From contig JADFYF010000001.1 in NCBI GenBank assembly GCA_015233165.1, forward strand, positions 7,762 through 71,761: a stretch of 64,000 nt of DNA, in the 5' to 3' direction. Below, piece after piece: positions 57,208-64,000 of the stretch; position 1 is the stretch's first letter, and each line of letters starts with the position of its first letter. The position numbers were made by a program, and so were the translations under genes. The notes beneath the pieces were generated by a model. It was given only the letters and a program-made list of their open reading frames with translations, searched no databases and was not told the origin of the DNA. The DNA comes from Candidatus Omnitrophota bacterium (lineage in GTDB: Bacteria > Omnitrophota > Gorgyraeia > Zapsychrales > Fredricksoniimonadaceae).

Positions 57208-57468
57208 ATGTTTCAATTATCTATTGTTACACCCTCTGGTAAAGTTTTTGAAGAAACAGTGGAGAGTCTGGCGGCTCCTGGGTTAATGGGTGGTTTAGAG
57301 GTCTATTCGAATCACGAACCTATGCTTTGTGCTCTTAAAGGGGGTTTGGTGCGTATTAGAAAAGATGGAAAGAATATTAAAGTTCTGACTATCGATAGCG
57401 GAGTTCTTGAAGTCGATGCCACCCACAATGTCTTATTATTAGCAGATCAAATTACGGAGTCCTTTTAA
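57208..57468 (+). CDS. atpC: F-type ATP synthase F1 subunit epsilon, beta-sandwich domain only (86 aa)
   Basis: The N-terminal epsilon fold sequence (LSIVTP...APGLMGGLEVYSNHEPML) is present. The C-terminal two-helix regulatory hairpin is absent. Confidence 0.8.
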   Translation: MFQLSIVTPSGKVFEETVESLAAPGLMGGLEVYSNHEPMLCALKGGLVRIRKDGKNIKVLTIDSGVLEVDATHNVLLLADQITESF

Positions 57469-57507
57469 TCTTCCGTTTTTTTAAATCCATTTAAGGTTAA
57501 AATCAAA

Positions 57508-58770
57508 ATGCAAAAACGTCGTGTCGTGATCACCGGTCTTGGAGTTGTGGCTTGTAATGGTATTGGCAAAGAAGATTTCTGGAAAGCTAATATTGAGGGT
57601 CGTTCAGGAATAGATGTCATTACCGCCTTTGATCATCAAGACTTTGATTGTCATATTGCCGGTGAAGTTAAGAATTTTGTTCCTTCCCAATATATGCCTT
57701 CCCAAGTAGTTTCCAAGGTTGACCGATTTGTTCATTTTGGTTTAGCAGCTTCTAAGATGGCTATCGATGATAGTCGTTTAGACATGACCCAGGAAGATAA
57801 GTATCGTGTGGGTGTTGTGATGGGTTCTGGTTTAGGGGGATGTATCTTTCATGAAGAACAGATGATAGCTGCTTTTGATAAAGGTGCTCATCGGATGAAT
57901 CCATTATGTGTTCCTAAAATTACTCCTAATGCTGTTTCTAGCCATATTGCGATTGTCAATGGTTTCTTTGGTCATAATATGGTAATTTCAACAGCCTGTG
58001 CTTCTGGAACTCAGGCGATTGGGGAAGCTCTTCGTAAAATTCAATGTTCAGATTTGGATGTTTGTATCACCGGCGGCGTTGAAGCTTCTTTAACAAGATT
58101 TACTTTTGGGGCTTATTGTTCTTTACGTGTTATTTCCAAAGGTAAGGGTTTACCTTCGGAAGCTTCCAGGCCTTTTGATCGGCTTAGAGATGGTTTTGTA
58201 TTAGCTGAGGGTGGAGGAGTACTGATTTTAGAAGAATTAGAACATGCTTTAAAACGTAACGCTCATATTTATGCAGAAGTAACTGGATATGCCGGAAATT
58301 CTGGAGCGTATCATATTGTGATGCCTGATCCCGAAGGCCAGGATGCCACACGTGCGATGGCGGGTGCTGTTAAAGATGCTGCTTTAAAACCAGAGGATAT
58401 TGATTATATTAATGCTCATGCAACCTCGACATCAGCGAATGATCAGGCAGAAACCAAGGCTATTAAGAATGTCTTTGGTGAAAGGGCGTATCAAATTCCT
58501 GTCTCATCAACCAAATCAATGATAGGCCACAGTATTGGCGCCGCAGGCGGGATTGAAGGGGTTGTTTGTGCTTTAACCATCGAAAATCAATTTATTCCAC
58601 CAACAATTAATTATCAAGAAAAGGATCCTGCCTGTGATTTGGATTACGTGTCAAATAAGGGTAGAAGTGCTAAAATAAATCATGTATTATCAAATTCGTT
58701 TGGATTTGGCAACTGTAACGCTTGCTTAGTTTTTTCGAAATTGTCAGCCAAAGGCTTCAGCAATAACTGA
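57508..58770 (+). CDS. fabF: 3-oxoacyl-ACP synthase II
   Basis: Active-site ACASG, the His motifs NAHATST and GHSIGAAG, and C-terminal SNSFGFGN. Confidence 0.9.
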   Translation: MQKRRVVITGLGVVACNGIGKEDFWKANIEGRSGIDVITAFDHQDFDCHIAGEVKNFVPSQYMPSQVVSKVDRFVHFGLAASKMAIDDSRLDMTQEDKYRVGVVMGSGLGGCIFHEEQMIAAFDKGAHRMNPLCVPKITPNAVSSHIAIVNGFFGHNMVISTACASGTQAIGEALRKIQCSDLDVCITGGVEASLTRFTFGAYCSLRVISKGKGLPSEASRPFDRLRDGFVLAEGGGVLILEELEHALKRNAHIYAEVTGYAGNSGAYHIVMPDPEGQDATRAMAGAVKDAALKPEDIDYINAHATSTSANDQAETKAIKNVFGERAYQIPVSSTKSMIGHSIGAAGGIEGVVCALTIENQFIPPTINYQEKDPACDLDYVSNKGRSAKINHVLSNSFGFGNCNACLVFSKLSAKGFSNN

Positions 58771-58824
58771 TCAGCAAAATAGTTAAGATCCGCCTTTGGC
58801 GGAAAAGGAAGAAGGGTGTTTATT

Positions 58825-59073
58825 ATGTCCGATGTTAATGTGGAACAAACAGTCAAAGAAGTTCTAGCTCAACAATTAAGCATTGACGTGAATACAATCA
58901 AAATTGAATCTCGTTTAGCTGAAGACTTAAATCTAGATTCTTTCGGTGCTGTGGAGTTAGCATTTGCTTTAGAAGACAGATTCGGATTTAAAATCTCAGA
59001 TGACGCTGTTTATACAGCTAAAACGGTCGAAGATATTATTAAATACATCTCCAATCAAATTTCTTCAAAGTAA
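58825..59073 (+). CDS. acpP: Acyl carrier protein
   Basis: Phosphopantetheine attachment region LNLDSFGAVELAFALEDRFG. Start chosen at ATG 58825 behind an AAGGAAGAAGGG RBS. Confidence 0.8.
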   Translation: MSDVNVEQTVKEVLAQQLSIDVNTIKIESRLAEDLNLDSFGAVELAFALEDRFGFKISDDAVYTAKTVEDIIKYISNQISSK

Positions 59074-59095
59074 AATAATAATCAGATTTCAACCC

Positions 59096-59124
59096 TTTAC
59101 AGAAATCTTAAGCTTTGGTATAGT
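59096..59124 (+). promoter_or_regulatory. Sigma70-like promoter candidate (TTTACA-N17-TATAGT) upstream of the aldolase gene
   Basis: TTTACA at 59096-59101 and TATAGT at 59119-59124. Confidence 0.35.
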
Positions 59125-59169
59125 ATCGCTTTATTTTTGCAATATAAAAGTCATCTAAGGAGGATTCAA

Positions 59170-60492
59170 ATGTCAGTTAATACAGTATTTGATATCGATG
59201 CAGCCGTTCAAAAGTTAGTTTTAACCGATAATATTAAAGAAAAAGAGACGATTGCCCGTGAAATTCAGGCTCAAGCCAAAGCTAAGGGAGCTTATTTAGC
59301 TTCTATTCAGGATGTCTATATGGCTCGCGGTAAGGGACAGGGAAAGAATTTTACTGTACCGGCCATGAACTTAAGATCTTTAACCTACTTCTTAGCCCGT
59401 GCAATTTTTCGTACTGCTAATAAATTAAAGGCTGGCGCTTTCATTTTTGAAATTGCTAAGTCCGAAATGGGATATACCGGTCAGCCACCCATTGAATACG
59501 TCGGTGTTATTTTAGGTGCTGCAATTAAAGAAAATTATTCCGGCCCCGTATTTATCCAAGGCGATCACTGTCAAATCAAGGCTAGCGCTTATTTTGAAAA
59601 TAAAAATAAGGAAGTGACCGCTTTAAAAGATATGGTGGCTGATTGCGTCGCCGCTGGTTTCTATAATATTGATATTGATTCATCAACCACTGTTAAATTA
59701 GATCGCCCAACCTTAACTGAACAGCAAAGAGATAATTTTGAAGTCTGTGCGGATATAGCTGCTTTTATTCGTAAAATTCAGCCTAAGGGTATTGAGATTT
59801 CTATCGGTGGTGAGATTGGTGAAGTTGGTCATAAAAATAGTACCGTCGAAGAATTAGTAGCTTTTACTGAAGGTTTTAATAAGTCTTTGTCTAAGGGATT
59901 ACATGGTTTAAGCAAGATTTCTGTCCAAACGGGTACTTCCCATGGGGGAACAGTATTGCCTGATGGAACTATTGCTAAAGCTACCGTGGATTTTAAGACT
60001 TTGAAAGATATTTCTGCTGCTGCTCAAAAGCAATTTGGTATGGGGGGGGCTGTTCAGCATGGTGCTTCAACCTTGACTGACGATCAGTTTAATAAATTCC
60101 CTGAAGTTAATACCATTGAAATTCATTTAGCCACCAGCTTCCAGAATAAAACTTTAGACAGCAAATTGTTTCCTAAAGATCTTTATACAAAAATGGTTGA
60201 GTGGACTAAGGTGAATTGTTTAAGTGAACGTAAGGCAACGGATACTGATGAGCAATATATTTATAAGGCTCGTAAACGTGCCTTAGGTCAATTTAAAAAA
60301 GAAATTATGTCTATGCCTTTGAATGTGAAAGAAGGCATTGCGGCTGAATTAGAACATAGCTTTGAATTTCTATTCAAACAACTTAATGTCTCTGACACTA
60401 AGGATTTTGTTGCGTCTATTATCAAACCTGTCGATGTTAAAATTGGTCTTCGTGATACCCAGGCTCATTTAGATGGCGAAGGCGACGATTAA
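59170..60492 (+). CDS. Class II fructose/tagatose-bisphosphate aldolase family protein (long form)
   Basis: FTVPAMNLRS, VFIQGDHCQ, and GGEIGEVG...VQTGTSHGG metal/phosphate-binding-like motifs. Start chosen at ATG 59170 behind a TAAGGAGG RBS. Confidence 0.6.
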   Translation: MSVNTVFDIDAAVQKLVLTDNIKEKETIAREIQAQAKAKGAYLASIQDVYMARGKGQGKNFTVPAMNLRSLTYFLARAIFRTANKLKAGAFIFEIAKSEMGYTGQPPIEYVGVILGAAIKENYSGPVFIQGDHCQIKASAYFENKNKEVTALKDMVADCVAAGFYNIDIDSSTTVKLDRPTLTEQQRDNFEVCADIAAFIRKIQPKGIEISIGGEIGEVGHKNSTVEELVAFTEGFNKSLSKGLHGLSKISVQTGTSHGGTVLPDGTIAKATVDFKTLKDISAAAQKQFGMGGAVQHGASTLTDDQFNKFPEVNTIEIHLATSFQNKTLDSKLFPKDLYTKMVEWTKVNCLSERKATDTDEQYIYKARKRALGQFKKEIMSMPLNVKEGIAAELEHSFEFLFKQLNVSDTKDFVASIIKPVDVKIGLRDTQAHLDGEGDD

Positions 60493-60573
60493 GAATAACT
60501 TTTGTCATGCCCGAATGCTTTAGTCGGGCATCTAGAACTTATCGCAAACCCTGGATCCCCGATAAAAACATTC
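60493..60573. repeat. 81-bp palindromic intergenic repeat, copy 3 (between the aldolase gene and ilvC)
   Basis: TGTCATGCCCGAATGCTTTAGTCGGGCATCTAGAA...CTGGATCCCCGATAAAAACATTCGGGGATGACA. It begins at the first base after the aldolase stop codon. Confidence 0.85.
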
Positions 60574-60606
60574 GGGGATGACAGGAAAAAAATATAAAGG
60601 AACAAA

Positions 60607-61599
60607 ATGGCTAAAATTTATTATGATAAAGATTGCAACATTAATGACATTAAAAATAAAACGGTCGCTGTGGTGGGATATGGAATTCAAGGTCGTGGTC
60701 AGGCTTTGAATTTACGTGACAGCGGTTTGAAGGTTATTGTCGCACAGCGTCCAGGTGGACCTAATTATGACAAAGCCATTCAGGATGGTTTTAAACCCAT
60801 GTCTGTTGAAGAAGCAACCAAGTTGGCGGATGTCATGATTATCTTAACCCAGGATCATCTGCAAGCCGACATCTACCATAAATCCATTGCTCCTTTTTTA
60901 ACCAAGGGCAAGGCATTAGCCTTCTCTCATGGGTTTAATATTCATTTTAAGTTAATCGTTCCTCCTAAGGATGTTGATGTCTTCATGATTGCTCCTAAGG
61001 GACCAGGTTCCTTGGTTCGTCGTCAGTATGAAGAGGGCAAAGGGGTTCCTTGCCTGGTGGCAATTCATCAAAATGCAACGAAGAATGCCTTAAAGATTGC
61101 TTTGGCTTATGCCAAGGGCGTCGGTGGTTCTCGTGCGGGTATCATCCAAACAACCTTCCAGGAAGAAACGGAAACCGATTTGTTTGGTGAACAAGCGGTC
61201 TTGTGCGGCGGCGCTAGTGAATTGATCAAGGCAGGTTTTGAAACCTTGGTGAAGGCTGGTTACCAACCTGAGATTGCTTATTTTGAATGTTTGCACGAAT
61301 TGAAATTGATTGTAGATATCATTTATGAAGAAGGTATTCAGGGAATGCGTAAGAAGGTTTCTGATACCGCTGAATATGGTGATTTGACACGTGGTCCACG
61401 TATTGTGACTGCTAAGACACGTGCTGAGATGCAAAAAATCTTAAAAGAAATCCAAACAGGCAAATTCGCTAAGGAATGGATGGCTGAGAATAAAAACGGC
61501 CGTAAGAACTTCCTTCAAATGCGTAAAGCCGGTGATGCTCACCCGATTGAAAAGGTGGGAGCTCGACTACGTTCCATGATGAGTTGGATGAAAAAATAA
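60607..61599 (+). CDS. ilvC: Ketol-acid reductoisomerase (class I)
   Basis: [23 protein letters not shown] fold, plus FSHGFNIHF and [14 protein letters not shown]. Confidence 0.95.
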   Translation: MAKIYYDKDCNINDIKNKTVAVVGYGIQGRGQALNLRDSGLKVIVAQRPGGPNYDKAIQDGFKPMSVEEATKLADVMIILTQDHLQADIYHKSIAPFLTKGKALAFSHGFNIHFKLIVPPKDVDVFMIAPKGPGSLVRRQYEEGKGVPCLVAIHQNATKNALKIALAYAKGVGGSRAGIIQTTFQEETETDLFGEQAVLCGGASELIKAGFETLVKAGYQPEIAYFECLHELKLIVDIIYEEGIQGMRKKVSDTAEYGDLTRGPRIVTAKTRAEMQKILKEIQTGKFAKEWMAENKNGRKNFLQMRKAGDAHPIEKVGARLRSMMSWMKK

Positions 61600-61640
61600 T
61601 GTAAGATACGGATAAAATCTCAGGAAAAATGCTACAATTA

Positions 61641-61670
61641 CCCTGTACCGTTCTGGTACAGGGTTTTTTA
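61641..61670 (+). terminator. Intrinsic terminator CCCTGTACC-gttct-GGTACAGGG + TTTTTTATT, ending 15 nt before the leuA ATG
   Basis: A 9-bp GC-rich stem with a 6-T run. No room for a promoter remains before leuA. Confidence 0.75.
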
Positions 61671-61684
61671 TTAAGGATAATATT

Positions 61685-63208
61685 ATGAAAAAAAATGATA
61701 AGGTTTTGATATTTGATACAACGTTAAGAGACGGGGAACAAGCCCCCGGCGCTACGATGAATCAGGCAGAAAAGTTAGAAATTGCTTTTGCCTTGGAACG
61801 TTTGGGTGTGGATATCATTGAAGCCGGATTTGCGATCTCTTCGAAAGGGGATTTTGATTCGGTTCAGAATATCGCTAAGCATATTAAAAAATCGACGGTT
61901 TGCTCCTTGGCGCGTTCCTTGCCTAAGGATATCGATGCCGCCGCGGATGCGATTAAACCGGCAAAGAATGGACGTATCCATATCTTCTTAGCGACATCGA
62001 AGATTCATTTGGAGCATAAGTTTAAAAAGAGTCAGGATCAAATCTTGGATATGGCTATTAGCGCGGTCAAGTATGCCCGCAAACGTTGTGACAATTTGGA
62101 ATTCTCTCCGGAAGATGCTTCGCGTACAGAGAAGGAATTCTTGTATCGCGTCTTGGAAGCGGTTATTAAAGCAGGAGCAACAACGGTAAATATTCCTGAT
62201 ACCGTCGGTTATAGCACACCGGCTGAGTATGGCGCTGTTATTGCAGGGATTATGAATCATGTTCCTAATATCAACAAAGCGATCATCTCTACCCATTGCC
62301 ACGACGATTTGGGTTTGGCAGTGGCGAATTCCTTGGCTGGCGTCGTCAATGGCGCTCGTCAGGTCGAATGCACTATTAACGGGATTGGGGAGCGGGCCGG
62401 CAATGCGTCGATGGAAGAAATCGTTATGGCGATCCGAACACGGAAAGACTTCTATAGCTTAGATACCAACATTAATGCTAAAGAGTTCTATCGGATTTCA
62501 CGGATGGTTTCTAAGGCGACAGGTTTTATTGTCCCGCCGAATAAAGCGATTGTGGGAGCCAATGCGTTTCGTCATGAATCGGGTATTCATCAAGACGGTG
62601 TTTTGAAAGAAAAACGCACGTATGAAATTATGGATGCGGAGTCCGTCGGTGTTCCTCCTAATGAAGGATTGGTCTTGGGAAAGCATTCCGGTCGTCATGC
62701 GTTTACGAATCGTTTAAAGGTTTTAAACATTCATTTGTCCGACGCAGATACCGATAAGGCTTTTGCCCGTTTTAAGGATTTAGCGGATAAAAAGAAGGAA
62801 ATTTACGACGAGGATTTGATTGCGATCGCCGAAGATGAAGGTCATTTGGTGGCTGAAATCTATACCTTGATGGATTACCATGTAACCAGCGGGACCAAGG
62901 TTGCCCCTGAGGTGAATATCACCTTGAAGTACAAGGGAAAGAAGATTGTCAAGAAATCGACGGGAGATGGTCCGGTGGATGCGTGTTACAAAGCCATTGA
63001 AAAGGCAACTTCGTTGAAGATTCAATTGATGGATTACGGTATTCAATCCGTCAGTCAGGGGGAAGATGCCTTAGGCGAAGTGAAGGTCAAGGCTGTCGTC
63101 GAAGGAAAGACAGTTATGGGGCGTGGGGCAAGCACAGATATTATTGAAGCATCTGCCAAAGCCTACGTGAACGCGGTTAATAACTATTTAGCGCAAAGTC
63201 AAAAATAA
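61685..63208 (+). CDS. leuA: 2-isopropylmalate synthase (citramalate synthase cannot be excluded)
   Basis: DTTLRDGEQ, the HCHDDLGLAVANS metal site, and a C-terminal LeuA-dimer regulatory domain. 507 aa. Confidence 0.85.
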   Translation: MKKNDKVLIFDTTLRDGEQAPGATMNQAEKLEIAFALERLGVDIIEAGFAISSKGDFDSVQNIAKHIKKSTVCSLARSLPKDIDAAADAIKPAKNGRIHIFLATSKIHLEHKFKKSQDQILDMAISAVKYARKRCDNLEFSPEDASRTEKEFLYRVLEAVIKAGATTVNIPDTVGYSTPAEYGAVIAGIMNHVPNINKAIISTHCHDDLGLAVANSLAGVVNGARQVECTINGIGERAGNASMEEIVMAIRTRKDFYSLDTNINAKEFYRISRMVSKATGFIVPPNKAIVGANAFRHESGIHQDGVLKEKRTYEIMDAESVGVPPNEGLVLGKHSGRHAFTNRLKVLNIHLSDADTDKAFARFKDLADKKKEIYDEDLIAIAEDEGHLVAEIYTLMDYHVTSGTKVAPEVNITLKYKGKKIVKKSTGDGPVDACYKAIEKATSLKIQLMDYGIQSVSQGEDALGEVKVKAVVEGKTVMGRGASTDIIEASAKAYVNAVNNYLAQSQK

Positions 63209-63209
63209 T

Positions 63210-64000
63210 ATGCTGAGCGAACCACCCGCCATTTATGGAATTATAGGGACGCCTCTGGCTCACAGTTTGTCACCCTTGATGCACAATGCCGCCTTTAAGG
63301 CTCTTAAAGTCAACGCGGTGTACAAGACCTTCGAATTGGTCGATGACGAGGAGCTCAAGTTGTTTTTCGAAGATTTACGCGAGAAGGATAATCCGACCTT
63401 TGGCCTGAATGTCACCGTTCCTTATAAGGAGAAGGTTTTGCCGTATATTGATGTGATTGATCCCTTCGCTGATAAGGTGGGCGCGGTCAATACTCTTGTG
63501 ATTGACCATCAGCGTAAGATTTTCGGATTTAATACAGACGGTCCTGGTTTTTTAAGTCATCTGGAAGAATTGAAATTTAATCCTAAAGACAAACGCATCG
63601 TTATTTTAGGGGCGGGGGGAACAACGCGTTCTATTTTAAGCGTCCTGTGTTTGATTAATCAGAAGCCCACAAATATTAAAATTTTTAATCGTACCTACAG
63701 CAAGGCGAAAGCCCTGGTGGATTCATTGTCGTCTAAGATTGATATGAGTAACGTCGAGGTGGTGGATAATATCGAGGATCTCAATGTTGAGTTGGCGGAT
63801 TTATTAATTAATACCACCTCCGTGGGTCTTAAAGGCGAAGAGAAGTTTCTTATTGATACGACGACGCTTCATAAGGACATGCTGGTTTACGATGTGATTT
63901 ATAACCCCAAGGAAACTCCCTTGCTTAAGGCGGCCAAGGCTAAGGGGGCTCAGACGGCTAATGGGTTGAGTATGCTGTTCTATCAGGGAGTTTTGGCATT
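63210..64000 (+). CDS. aroE: Shikimate dehydrogenase, 3' end beyond the window
   Basis: My translation from ATG 63210 is MLSEPPAIYGIIGTPLAHSLSPLMHNAAFKAL...VTVPYKE...NTDGPGF...LGAGGTTRS. The frame is open to the window end, so it is absent from the ORF track. Confidence 0.85.
   Translation, partial: MLSEPPAIYGIIGTPLAHSLSPLMHNAAFKALKVNAVYKTFELVDDEELKLFFEDLREKDNPTFGLNVTVPYKEKVLPYIDVIDPFADKVGAVNTLVIDHQRKIFGFNTDGPGFLSHLEELKFNPKDKRIVILGAGGTTRSILSVLCLINQKPTNIKIFNRTYSKAKALVDSLSSKIDMSNVEVVDNIEDLNVELADLLINTTSVGLKGEEKFLIDTTTLHKDMLVYDVIYNPKETPLLKAAKAKGAQTANGLSMLFYQGVLA

Noticed and set aside
57508-59073. The fabF-then-acp order (reverse of the common acpP-fabF order) as a sign of a specialised lipid or polyketide pathway.
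   Set aside because: Only two genes are present, with standard FabF and ACP motifs. No additional tailoring genes are nearby, so this is insufficient evidence for anything beyond ordinary fatty-acid synthesis.

Overview
This is an AT-rich bacterial chromosome segment from a diderm organism, judged from the Kdo/Lpt, OmpA-like and RseP genes. It holds about 70 protein genes. Every credible gene is on the + strand, and packing is tight, with many 1-10 nt start/stop overlaps. I saw no rRNA, tRNA, CRISPR array, transposase or integrase.

Gene order:
(i) 1-4.1 kb: kdsA, kdsD, two inserted small ORFs, kdsC, lptC/lptA (interrupted by an in-frame TAG), lptB.
(ii) 4.1-25 kb: housekeeping genes tig, clpP, serC-like, serA, purA, an OmpA-like gene, uppS, cdsA, dxr, rseP, a lone cpaF-like ATPase, proS, rimP, nusA, infB, trpS, scpA, ruvB.
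(iii) 25.4-37.9 kb: sdhCAB, hemN, hemE, hemY, an internally duplicated lipoprotein, System II ccsB/ccsA, and a radical SAM gene.
(iv) 38.0-51.0 kb, the stand-out region: two hemA paralogues bracket three small monohaem cytochromes, an MtrA-like octahaem cytochrome with a 721-aa outer-membrane barrel, a nonahaem membrane-anchored cytochrome with Rieske and cytochrome b, a seven-haem ImcH/NapC-like membrane cytochrome, moeA-mobA and a DUF2231-like gene. I counted 27 haem-c binding motifs in six proteins.
(v) 51.0-57.5 kb: F1Fo ATP synthase operon, including a small atpZ-like ORF missing from the ORF track.
(vi) fabF-acp, class II aldolase, ilvC, leuA, aroE (3' end outside the window).

Non-coding structure: a 79-81 bp palindromic repeat family has three intergenic copies, one of them inverted. 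A phased array of the octamer TGCAGTAT lies upstream of hemY. There are several intrinsic-terminator hairpins, one only 15 nt upstream of leuA.

All functional calls come from my reading of conserved motifs and gene context. No database search was run.
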